IMG/VR virus record: IMGVR_UViG_3300050166_000039
Location: 18,059 to 82,058 of that record
Length of the DNA: 64,000 nucleotides
Strand: one strand, 5' to 3'
Source of the DNA: a virus
The position numbers and the translations under genes are program-made. The notes under the pieces were generated by a model. It searched no databases and had not been told where the DNA came from. It saw only the letters and a program-made list of their open reading frames with translations. Below, one piece after another: positions 45,962-54,786 of the stretch (position 1 is the stretch's first letter; the number at the start of each line of letters is the position of its first letter).

Positions 45962-46518
45962 TGTATCAGAATCCAGAAATAGAGTCTTCTTACAGAGAGA
46001 ACGATTTAGGCAAGATTTTGTATGATCAGGTAATAGAACATAGACCCAAACTCATAGTTGAGTTTGGCTGCTTGTATGGTTACTCAACTGTTGCGATGGC
46101 TATGGCTCTTAGAGATTTAGGAGAAGGTAAGATTATAAGTTATGATCTTTGGGAGTCTTATCCTTTTAAACACTCAACTAGAGATGAAACTGTTAAAAAT
46201 ATTTCTAAGTATGAATTACAGGACTGGGTTGAATTTAAACAAATGAGCTACTATGAATGGTTAGAGAACCCTACTCAATTTGATCTTTTACACCTGGACA
46301 TTTCTAATGATGGAGATACAATACTAATCACCAAGAAAGCTTTACACAATAGATTAAACAATGGATCAAAAATACTATTTGAGGGTGGAAGTGTAGAACG
46401 TGATGAAATCGAGTGGATGAAGGAGTATAATAAAGTTCCATTCAACTCTATAAAGGAAAGAGCGGGTTACACTGTAATTGACAATAGATTTCCTTCAATT
46501 TCAATGCTAAACAATTAA
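45961..46518 (+). CDS. Class I SAM methyltransferase
   Basis: VEFGCLYGYS, YDLW, DLLHLD. Confidence 0.7.
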   Translation: MYQNPEIESSYRENDLGKILYDQVIEHRPKLIVEFGCLYGYSTVAMAMALRDLGEGKIISYDLWESYPFKHSTRDETVKNISKYELQDWVEFKQMSYYEWLENPTQFDLLHLDISNDGDTILITKKALHNRLNNGSKILFEGGSVERDEIEWMKEYNKVPFNSIKERAGYTVIDNRFPSISMLNN

Positions 46519-46519
46519 A

Positions 46520-47626
46520 ATGAAAAAGACTTTAATATTTCCTAAAACACACGGAAGATCTGATTGGAAGAACGTTTCCAAAGAAGGAATAGAAACTATC
46601 ATCTTTACCGGTAATTACTTCGACTCTTCTAGAATGTTGAACGAAAACTTGATTGATAACTTTTTAGAGATTGTAAAATTTGCCAGAGAAAATGACAATG
46701 TAATACTGTTACTAGGAGATCATGATCTACAATACTTAGAAAATCAACCCAAGACACTTGGATACAGGGAAGATGGAGCTCTTCTATTTAGAAATGCAAT
46801 TATTGAAAACACTGATTTGTTCTTAACGGAGTGGACTAAAGATGGAGTTACTTATAAACAACAATCTGCCGAATCACAGGATGGAATCATACCCTTGATA
46901 GAAGAAAAGTACTATATAGATGGTGTAGAATTTCCATTGATCTATAAGATCATAACACAGAACCCATGGATTGAAAAGCCCTATGAATACAATATAGTAG
47001 ATGGTTTTAAGGTTGGTATTTATGCACCTTATATGTTTAATATAGATCAGTCCGTAATAGATGCACAGAAGAGAGTGTTTGACCTATTTAACATTAAAAT
47101 AAATCAGATATTTTGGGAGAAGCAACACGCTGATTTCATGAATCATCTTACTCGTACTGAAAACGTTGATTTCTTTATCTTCTTTGACATTGACTCAATT
47201 CCGCTTAGACCTGATTTTTTAGAATACGTAATTAGAGAAACTGGAAAAGATAAAATCATGGGAGTTGAGCAAGTTTCAGCTCACGTCCCTGGATATGAGT
47301 TTGAACCCTTTGCAGCTCCCGCTTGTTTTATTATATCAAGGGATCTGTATCATAAAATGGGCATGCCTCCCTTTGATGTCACATATCGAGGAGACGATAC
47401 ACAGGAATTAACCTATATTGCCAATGAAACGGGAATTCCGGTTAGATTTATCAGATTTACCCACTGTGAAGAGCTACACTATCATTGGAAATTCAAAGAT
47501 GGTAGGCAGTATGGATTTGGAAATACGTATGAGGATTTAGTGTTCCATAATTTTGAATCCAGGTTCAATGAAAAGTTAAAATACTTCTTTGATAAGTGCG
47601 AAGAGGTGATCGCTAAATACTCATAA
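46520..47626 (+). CDS. Fusion of degenerate metallophosphoesterase and glycosyltransferase-like domain
   Basis: N-terminal KTHG/GNYFD/GDHD; C-terminal FFDIDSIP DxD motif. Confidence 0.55.
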   Translation: MKKTLIFPKTHGRSDWKNVSKEGIETIIFTGNYFDSSRMLNENLIDNFLEIVKFARENDNVILLLGDHDLQYLENQPKTLGYREDGALLFRNAIIENTDLFLTEWTKDGVTYKQQSAESQDGIIPLIEEKYYIDGVEFPLIYKIITQNPWIEKPYEYNIVDGFKVGIYAPYMFNIDQSVIDAQKRVFDLFNIKINQIFWEKQHADFMNHLTRTENVDFFIFFDIDSIPLRPDFLEYVIRETGKDKIMGVEQVSAHVPGYEFEPFAAPACFIISRDLYHKMGMPPFDVTYRGDDTQELTYIANETGIPVRFIRFTHCEELHYHWKFKDGRQYGFGNTYEDLVFHNFESRFNEKLKYFFDKCEEVIAKYS

Positions 47627-47661
47627 AATTAAACTAAATCACATATTCTCATATAATCAAT

Positions 47662-47961
47662 ATGGAACAAGTACACGATAGAATTCATCATGGCAAGATT
47701 CTTCTTGAGGTAGAGAAGGACGGCAAAGTATTTAAGTTGGCTAAGTCAAACATCTCACTGGAGGAGAACCGCTTTCGTAGCGTTTACAGTGCTTTGTCAA
47801 CCAGAGCAAAATATTACGTGATCTGGGGTCAAGTAGGCTCTAAATCTCCAGGAATCACAAAGTTACAGACACCTTCGGGTAAAACACCATCATTTAAGTC
47901 TTGTATGAAGAAGTTCTACGCGATGATAGAATCTTCGGACAAAGTTAACTTTAAAGCATAA
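47662..47961 (+). CDS. Hypothetical protein
   Basis: 99-aa basic ORF. Confidence 0.55.
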   Translation: MEQVHDRIHHGKILLEVEKDGKVFKLAKSNISLEENRFRSVYSALSTRAKYYVIWGQVGSKSPGITKLQTPSGKTPSFKSCMKKFYAMIESSDKVNFKA

Positions 47962-48680
47962 TGAGAATTACTTGTATTTCAGATACCCACACTAAACAGC
48001 GATATATTGAGCCTGCATTTCTTCCAGGCGGAGACTTGTTGATTCACGCTGGTGATTTAATGAACTCAGGACGAGACCCGGTCGATATCGAGGACTTCAT
48101 GTCATGGTTTGACTCACAGACTCAGTATAGAACACAGGTCTTTATCGCTGGAAATCATGATAGACTTTTCGAGTTGCAACCCGATAAAGCACTAGAGATA
48201 GTAGAGGACTATAATAACCCGGTGTATTTACAGGACGAGTCAATGTTATTTATTAACAGTGATTGGGAGCCGGTAAGACTGTATGGTAGCCCATGGCAAC
48301 CCTGGTTTCATAACTGGGCCTTTAACTTGCCAAGAAAAGGCGTAGAGCTAATGTCGAAATGGGAACAGATACCATCAAACACAGATATTCTGATCACTCA
48401 CGGTCCACCGATGGGTTATGGTGACACGTCGGGAGCTCCTTATAATGAACCTAATCTGGGCTGTGAGTTATTGCGAGCCCGGGTTGATGTGATTAAGCCT
48501 AAGATTCACGTCTTTGGTCACATTCACGGAGGTTATGGTTACTACTTCAACGGTCACACTCATTTTATTAACGCTGCTATCTTAGATGAGCGATATAACT
48601 ATACAAATCAACCTATCACGTTTGACTGGAACCCAGAGACAAACGAGCTTAACTTCATAGAGAATGAGAACATTAAGTAG
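47961..48680 (+). CDS. Metallophosphoesterase (MPPED/239FB-like)
   Basis: ISDTH, HAGD, AGNHD, THGPP, FGHIH. Confidence 0.9.
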   Translation: MRITCISDTHTKQRYIEPAFLPGGDLLIHAGDLMNSGRDPVDIEDFMSWFDSQTQYRTQVFIAGNHDRLFELQPDKALEIVEDYNNPVYLQDESMLFINSDWEPVRLYGSPWQPWFHNWAFNLPRKGVELMSKWEQIPSNTDILITHGPPMGYGDTSGAPYNEPNLGCELLRARVDVIKPKIHVFGHIHGGYGYYFNGHTHFINAAILDERYNYTNQPITFDWNPETNELNFIENENIK

Positions 48681-49053
48681 AGAAGATGTTTTAGAGATGA
48701 AACATTTCTTAACGGTCGGAGACCTGTTAAAATTCATTGAAGAGAATCAGATTCCGGTCACAGCTCCGGTAATGATTCAAAGAGTAGAAGACGTTTACTA
48801 TGAAAATCATGACTGGGGAGTCTACTTAAAGAAAGGCGAGCATTATCGAAACTCAGAGAGAATGAATCAACTCATGAATGAGGAGATTGATAGGCGGTTA
48901 AGGGGAGAAGAGCCTAACTTTCCAAAGATTGAGAACCCTGCAAAGTATATTGTCGACAACGATGAAAGCTCGATGGAGCAGTATCATCCAGCCTGGTCGG
49001 GATGTAGATATGGAGATGATACTGATATGTTATTTATAGATCTACATTATTAA
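48664..49053 (+). CDS. Hypothetical protein
   Basis: 129-aa ORF. Confidence 0.6.
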   Translation: MRTLSREDVLEMKHFLTVGDLLKFIEENQIPVTAPVMIQRVEDVYYENHDWGVYLKKGEHYRNSERMNQLMNEEIDRRLRGEEPNFPKIENPAKYIVDNDESSMEQYHPAWSGCRYGDDTDMLFIDLHY

Positions 49054-49067
49054 CTAAAAATAATTAG

Positions 49068-49107
49068 CCCGAGATTTTTTAGTCTCGGGTTTTTTAGTTA
49101 TATTTAC
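49068..49107 (+). promoter_or_regulatory. Stem-loop plus early promoter cassette
   Basis: CCCGAGA-N8-TCTCGGG, TATATTTAC 49099-107. Confidence 0.7.
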
Positions 49108-49127
49108 CTATCTTAAACAATCAATCT

Positions 49128-50426
49128 ATGTTAAACCTTTTACGTCAATTCATCGATGAATCAAATCAAACCAATTCTAACACGGACAAGTTGGACATTA
49201 TTAGAAAATACGCAACTAATCTTGACATTGTTAGGCTATTAAACTACACATATAACCCATTCTTAAGATACAATGTTACGTCCAGCAATTGTAAGAAGCT
49301 TAAAAAAGAGCTTAGCAAGGGATCTAATAGTTACGGCACTTTACCTGAGTTATTGGATGCTCTTAATCTTCGTGCTATTACCGGCCATCGCGCTATATCG
49401 GCTGTTTTGGCCTTCATCGAGGCGAATCAAGAACACGAGGAGTTAATCTATAATGTGATTGATAGAAACTTAAAGACCAGATCAACGGTCTCTATGATTA
49501 ACAAGGTGATCCCTGGTGCGATTCCAACATTTGATGTTGCGTTAGCCAATACCTACGACGAGAAGTCAAAGAAGAAGGTTAAGTTACAAGATGGCTGGTA
49601 TGTTTCTCGTAAACTGGATGGCGTTCGTTGTATTGCAGTGTTGAAAGCCAATGGAGATGTGAACTTCTACTCCAGAGCTGGAAATGAGTTTGAGACCCTA
49701 GGTGTGATTGCCGATGAGCTGAAGCGAGTTCCACAAGACATTGTTCTGGATGGTGAGATCTGTATGATGGACGCTAACGGCAATGAAGATTTTCAGGGTA
49801 TTATCAAGGAGATTAAGCGCAAGGACCACACTATTAAAAGACCTAAATTTATGGTCTTTGATATGTTAACTCATGAGGAGTTCGGCACTCAAACTTCAAC
49901 CAGAACTTTTAAAGAACGTCAAGAGTGGCTACAAGGCTGGTTCGAGAATTACAGTGGTGAGTTTGACTCAATTACACGGCTCGAGCAGGTCTTAATCCAG
50001 GACGAGCAACAACTTCAAGACTCCATGGAGCTGGCAGCCAAGATGAAGTGGGAAGGCTTAATGATCAGAAAAGATGCTCCATATCAGGGTAAAAGATCCG
50101 ATGATATTTTAAAGATTAAGAAGATGCATGACGCTGAGTATGTGGTAGATGATGTAGAGTTTGGCTTTAACAGGGTTATCGTAGAGGGCAAAGAGGTTGA
50201 GGAGGAGATGTTAAGAAACGTATATATAACTCATAAAGGAAACAGGGTTCAAGTTGGTTCTGGTTTCTCACAAGAGGAGCGTAGACTCTACTATAAGAAT
50301 CCAGAGTTGATTGTCGGTAAGACTATTTGCGTTCAATACTTTGAAGAGACACTGAATGAAAAAGGTACGCATTCACTCAGGTTTCCAGTGATAAAAGCAG
50401 TATATGGAGAAAAGAGAACATTTTAG
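49128..50426 (+). CDS. ATP-dependent DNA ligase
   Basis: KLDGVR, LDGEI, FMVFD, EGLMIR, KIK, VGSGFS, SLRFP. Confidence 0.92.
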   Translation: MLNLLRQFIDESNQTNSNTDKLDIIRKYATNLDIVRLLNYTYNPFLRYNVTSSNCKKLKKELSKGSNSYGTLPELLDALNLRAITGHRAISAVLAFIEANQEHEELIYNVIDRNLKTRSTVSMINKVIPGAIPTFDVALANTYDEKSKKKVKLQDGWYVSRKLDGVRCIAVLKANGDVNFYSRAGNEFETLGVIADELKRVPQDIVLDGEICMMDANGNEDFQGIIKEIKRKDHTIKRPKFMVFDMLTHEEFGTQTSTRTFKERQEWLQGWFENYSGEFDSITRLEQVLIQDEQQLQDSMELAAKMKWEGLMIRKDAPYQGKRSDDILKIKKMHDAEYVVDDVEFGFNRVIVEGKEVEEEMLRNVYITHKGNRVQVGSGFSQEERRLYYKNPELIVGKTICVQYFEETLNEKGTHSLRFPVIKAVYGEKRTF

Positions 50427-51087
50427 TGTAAGTATAGCACCTCCGGTAGGAAATGCAGAGATTGGCTATTACTTAAATTGGCTAGGAGAGGAAGGAGATC
50501 TAGGTGTTAAGTTCCTAACTGAAACCGATGACGAGATAGTAGGAGCCCTAGTGTTATGTGGTGGCGCAGATATTGGTGTTAACTTGAAGAGAGACCTGTT
50601 TGAGACCAATCTGATCAAGCAGGCCCTGGACAAGGGTCTACCTATTCTTGGAGTTTGTAGAGGCATGCAGCTCCTGAATCACTATTTCGGCGGCGAGGTC
50701 ACTAGTCTTCACCCCTTTGTGGCCGAGACTCACGCTTCAACACCAGACTATGAGTTTGATGAGGAGCATACTGAGCACCTTAGTCATCATCACCTAGTAG
50801 AGGACATAACTACAATGTATCAGTTTCCAGTTAACTCTAGACATCACCAATACTGCTCTAGGGTTGCAGAAAACTTTAAGGTGACTCACTACTCAATCAC
50901 AGATAACGCACCGATGGATGCTCCAATTCCGGAGGCAATGGTGGACCAGAGCAGAAATATTCTGGGAGTGCAGTGGCATCCTGAAAGACGGGAAGACTGG
51001 CATAACGGTGGACTGAACGAGGCAATCTGGTTTCCTCTATTCTGGTTACAATTCAAATTAAAGCACAATGGCAAAAAGAGCAATTAA
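50404..51087 (+). CDS. Class I glutamine amidotransferase (peptidase C26)
   Basis: CGGADI, GVCRGMQ, VNSRHHQ, GVQWHPE. Confidence 0.88.
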   Translation: MEKREHFSVSIAPPVGNAEIGYYLNWLGEEGDLGVKFLTETDDEIVGALVLCGGADIGVNLKRDLFETNLIKQALDKGLPILGVCRGMQLLNHYFGGEVTSLHPFVAETHASTPDYEFDEEHTEHLSHHHLVEDITTMYQFPVNSRHHQYCSRVAENFKVTHYSITDNAPMDAPIPEAMVDQSRNILGVQWHPERREDWHNGGLNEAIWFPLFWLQFKLKHNGKKSN

Positions 51088-51316
51088 TACGGCAAACTGT
51101 TCTCAGTGTCTAATAGAGTTAGACATAAAAGAGATGTACTTGATACAGCTTCACATGCACAGGAGCCACCCAGAGAAAGGCACCTATAATACTTATTATT
51201 GTAAAGCGTGCACGGAGAAGACGAAGGGCACAGAGTGGCAAATTTCAGTAATTAGAGAGCCTAAGTTACCGAAGCCAGCGAAAGAGAAAAAGAGCGTGAA
51301 ACAAAAAGAAAAGTAG
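51068..51316 (+). CDS. Small Zn-finger protein
   Basis: CSQC...CKAC. Confidence 0.5.
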   Translation: MAKRAINTANCSQCLIELDIKEMYLIQLHMHRSHPEKGTYNTYYCKACTEKTKGTEWQISVIREPKLPKPAKEKKSVKQKEK

Positions 51317-51350
51317 ATATATAAGTTATATTAAAAATAAATAAATTGAT

Positions 51351-51572
51351 ATGTTAACATTAATCATCATTTTAACTGCATTCGTTGCTATCTCTGCGTT
51401 CTTTATCATTAAGAAGCCGGTTGCATCTGACGTAAAGACTACATCTGAAGATGTTAAAGCTGCAGGTTGGATGGACTTAGGTGGCGATCCAAACGCAAAC
51501 AAGTACACTAGCAAAGTAAACGAGTCTCTTCAAGAGAACGACGCTAAGGCTAAGAAAAGTAAAAAGAAGTAA
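51351..51572 (+). CDS. Small membrane protein
   Basis: N-terminal TM helix, basic tail. Confidence 0.55.
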   Translation: MLTLIIILTAFVAISAFFIIKKPVASDVKTTSEDVKAAGWMDLGGDPNANKYTSKVNESLQENDAKAKKSKKK

Positions 51573-51617
51573 TACTTCTTGGGCTGTTAGCTCTAGCCTA
51601 GCTAACAGTTATTTAAT

Positions 51618-51922
51618 GGGGGTATAGCTCAGTTGGCTTAGAGCACCTGCCTTGCACGCAGGGGGTCGTGGGTTGATAAAGAGCCCATTTAAGTAGTGAT
51701 ACTTAAATAAAAACTGGATGAATTGCTGGAAATCTAAGTCAGAAATGATATGACAATCAGCAGCCAAGCTTAAGATACATCTTAAGAAGGTTCAGAGACT
51801 AGTGGAGAAGTAAAGTCTTCTTAATAACCACATTAGCGTCCAGCATCTCATTAGAGATGAAGATATAGTCCGACACTCTTTCGAAAGAAGAGATTAACCG
51901 TAGTCGAATCCCTCTACCTCCA
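51618..51922 (+). tRNA. tRNA-Ala(UGC), intron-containing (exons 51618-51673 and 51904-51922)
   Basis: GGGGGTA/TACCTCC with G3:U70, CCTGC-CTTGCAC-GCAGG; splicing restores GGGTTCGAATCCC. Confidence 0.9.
51674..51903 (+). ncRNA. Group I self-splicing intron (ORF-less, 230 nt) in the tRNA T-loop
   Basis: P AATTGCTGGAAA, Q AATCAGCAG, R GTTCAGAGACTA, S AAGATATAGTCC, P1 GTGGGT/GCCCAT with U.G at the splice site, terminal G 51903. Confidence 0.9.
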
Positions 51923-51924
51923 CT

Positions 51925-51954
51925 AAGGCCTGTGAAATTTCACAGGCCTTTTTT
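51925..51954 (+). terminator. Intrinsic terminator
   Basis: AAGGCCTGTGAA..TTCACAGGCCTT plus T-run. Confidence 0.8.
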
Positions 51955-52013
51955 ATTTTACAATGTATTTAGTTCGATTGCTATATTCTCCACATTTCTT
52001 AGATATATAGAAT

Positions 52014-52784
52014 ATGAAAGAAATTATAAAATGTGATGAGTGTGGTGAAATATTCGACAATAAGAAGATAAAAGCTAACCATGTTAGGTGGAAACACAGA
52101 GATCAATCTGCATATATAATTAAAGCATCTTCTATACTTAAAGATTCTTATAAAAAGAAACATGGGATTATTTTAAAAGAATCTGTGGAATGTTCATGTG
52201 AAACATGCTCTAATATAATTGAGATAGAATATAGAGAAAATAAAAAGAAAAAACATTACTTTTGTTCTAGATCTTGCTCCAATTACAGAGGAAAAAGATC
52301 AATCGAAACTAAACAAAAAATTTCAGAATCTTTAAAACAAAAAAGTACACTAAAAAAATGTAAATGCGAACATTGTTTAAAAGAATTTGAACACAATAGA
52401 CCTAAAAAGTTTTGTTCAACCAATTGCCATACACGATTTAAAAGAAAGGATAAATCAGGACTATCTAATTATAGAGTGGATGCATCATTTAAATTTAATT
52501 TGTCAGATTATCCAGGTGAGTTCGATTTCAGTTTAGTTGAAAAGTACGGATGGTACAGTGCAGCAAATAGAGGCAATAATTTAAACGGTGTTAGTAGAGA
52601 TCACATGGTAAGCGTCAAATATGGATATGATAATAATATTGATCCAAAAATAATTTCTCATCCTGCTAATTGTAAATTAATGAGACATAATAATAACGTT
52701 TCAAAATTATCGAATTGCTCGATTACAATAGAAGAACTTCTAGAAAAAATTAAAGCCTGGGATGAAAAATATGAAACCTTCTAA
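52014..52784 (+). CDS. Free-standing HNH-type homing endonuclease-like protein
   Basis: Zn motifs (CDECG..H, FCSRSC, FCSTNC), NUMOD3-like RSIETKQKISESLK, C-terminal SRDH...HPANC.L....N..K; AT-richer than neighbours. Confidence 0.7.
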   Translation: MKEIIKCDECGEIFDNKKIKANHVRWKHRDQSAYIIKASSILKDSYKKKHGIILKESVECSCETCSNIIEIEYRENKKKKHYFCSRSCSNYRGKRSIETKQKISESLKQKSTLKKCKCEHCLKEFEHNRPKKFCSTNCHTRFKRKDKSGLSNYRVDASFKFNLSDYPGEFDFSLVEKYGWYSAANRGNNLNGVSRDHMVSVKYGYDNNIDPKIISHPANCKLMRHNNNVSKLSNCSITIEELLEKIKAWDEKYETF

Positions 52785-53009
52785 TCTATTCTAGTATAAT
52801 TAATATAAATAATATCATGGAAGACTTAAATAGAACACAAGGCCGAGACCCTAAACGGGTTAAACAACAAGAAGATTACATGGAGGTTATCATGTTAGCC
52901 GCTGTTATTTTTTGCGCAATGTATGCTATTTTTTCAGCATAATCTTGAAACTTTTTTAATTAACCAAGTATAACTATTATAAATTTATTATTCATTTAAC
53001 AAAACAATC

Positions 53010-53174
53010 ATGAAAAAAGTATTAGCATTAGTATCATTAGTAACTTTTATCTCATTAGCTACAGTTTCTTGTGGTTCTAATTCACAAACAGAAACAGCTG
53101 ATTCAACTCAAGTAGACTCAACTCAAACAGATTCTTTAGCGACTGACTCAGTAGCTGTAGACACTACAAAATAG
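53010..53174 (+). CDS. Small lipoprotein with D-S/T repeats (54 aa)
   Basis: Read from sequence: lipobox TVSC then ADSTQVDSTQTDSLATDSVAVDTTK. Confidence 0.7.
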   Translation: MKKVLALVSLVTFISLATVSCGSNSQTETADSTQVDSTQTDSLATDSVAVDTTK

Positions 53175-53275
53175 TTAACCCCATTTTAAAGGATACATTC
53201 AGCAATTTACTCTTCTATAAGGCAAAAAGACGTATCCTGTAAATTATTAAAGAGGTCGTAAGGCTTCTTTAAAAA

Positions 53276-53351
53276 GCGAAAGTAGCTCAGCTGATAGAGC
53301 GACGCCTTGCCAAGGCGTAGGTCGCGAGTTTGATCCTCGTCTTTCGCTCCA
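53276..53351 (+). tRNA. tRNA-Gly(GCC)
   Basis: ACGCC-TTGCCAA-GGCGT, U73, encoded CCA. Confidence 0.9.
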
Positions 53352-53548
53352 GTAGATGGTTTATAGTAGCGTGGATTCAGCGCCTTTGTTACATCTTAAA
53401 AATCAACAAAGTAGGGAATAAGAATCAAGTTTGACAGTGATTATCTTTGAACAACTGTACCACTTTGGCGACCGATCGCCGTTTCCTGGCTAGTGAATAA
53501 AAACTCGTAAAGGCAATGTGCAAAACTGTAACGCACGGCTTAAGTTAG

Positions 53549-53583
53549 AGGGAACCTGTGCACAGGGTTCCCTTTTCTTTTTT
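53549..53583 (+). terminator. Intrinsic terminator
   Basis: AGGGAACC..GGTTCCCT plus T-run. Confidence 0.75.
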
Positions 53584-53635
53584 AGATGAAACAAAGATGT
53601 AATGATACATATAATCTACATAAACTAAATTAATA

Positions 53636-54286
53636 ATGGTAGCAATTAAAACAGCAACACTACAAGACGTTAATCGTTTAGAGCTGATTCCTCAACTCTT
53701 ACAGGCCTATCCTAACGGTAAAGGTGTTGAGATTGGAGTCTTCAAAGGAGAGTTCACTAAACATTTATTAGAGAACTGGCAAGGCACAATGTACCTGGTA
53801 GACCCTTGGAGAGAACTGGATGAGGCAGAGTACGCTGACTCCTCTAACCACAAGAATCATAGTACTGCATATTTAGAAACTATGTCGAGAATCGCAGGTA
53901 ATGAAGACAGGGCATTCATGATCAGAGCCCTGTCAACACAAGCAGCTTCACTGTTCGAGGACAATTCACTGGACTTTGTGTACATTGACGGCAATCATGC
54001 TTACGAGTGGGTTAAAGAAGACCTGGAGACCTGGTGGCCTAAGTTAAAGAAAGGTGGCCTGTTTGCTGGTCACGATTATATTGGAATGGACTGGTATGGT
54101 GACCCTAATTTCTTAGATAACGGTAAGGACAAGCATATTTGGCACTTCAATCATGCAACGCCAGATCAGTTAGAGTACTCAGGAGTTTTTGGAGTTAACC
54201 CGGCCGTCGATGAGTTTGCGGAGCAGAATCGCGTCGAGTTCAAGGTCACCAATGAGTTCTATGGTACTTTCTGGACCATCAAATAA
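53636..54286 (+). CDS. Class I SAM methyltransferase (Methyltransf_24), paralog of 39312
   Basis: GVEIGV, VDPW, DFVYIDGNH, WWPKLKKGGLFAGHDY. Confidence 0.85.
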   Translation: MVAIKTATLQDVNRLELIPQLLQAYPNGKGVEIGVFKGEFTKHLLENWQGTMYLVDPWRELDEAEYADSSNHKNHSTAYLETMSRIAGNEDRAFMIRALSTQAASLFEDNSLDFVYIDGNHAYEWVKEDLETWWPKLKKGGLFAGHDYIGMDWYGDPNFLDNGKDKHIWHFNHATPDQLEYSGVFGVNPAVDEFAEQNRVEFKVTNEFYGTFWTIK

Positions 54287-54315
54287 ACCTTCTTAAAGAA
54301 TTAAGTATAAAGACT

Positions 54316-54786
54316 ATGATCAGAATTATTACATATTGGTATAACTTTATTAAAGAATCGATCCTACTTTATAAGTATCGCAAGGCTTCTCTCTCCATTG
54401 AAACAGAATTGGAGGCAGAGGGCCTGCGTGTTGATTACTTAGGTAGAGTCTATACTGTAATTAACCTACCCGAAGAAGTGTTAGGACAGCAAGAGCTATT
54501 ACAACAATCCTATGTCCTGTCTCAATTATCGCCCATCACCAACATCTTGTTAAAGTATGGGTTAGCCGACTCCTCTTTTCCAGAGATCGTTAAAGTCGAG
54601 GGTACCGCTTCATACCTAATCATTCTATATCCTGAGAGGGATTATGTTGATGGTGAAGTCTTCTTAGTCAACACATTGGTTACTGCCGTTGTGGGTACTG
54701 TGATCTGGGCCGCTGTGAAATGGGTTCCCTGGTTATGGATCTCAAACTCAATTCAAGCCATGTACGCACTCTTACCGAAAGAGTAA
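54316..54786 (+). CDS. Hypothetical membrane protein
   Basis: C-terminal TM segment. Confidence 0.6.
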   Translation: MIRIITYWYNFIKESILLYKYRKASLSIETELEAEGLRVDYLGRVYTVINLPEEVLGQQELLQQSYVLSQLSPITNILLKYGLADSSFPEIVKVEGTASYLIILYPERDYVDGEVFLVNTLVTAVVGTVIWAAVKWVPWLWISNSIQAMYALLPKE

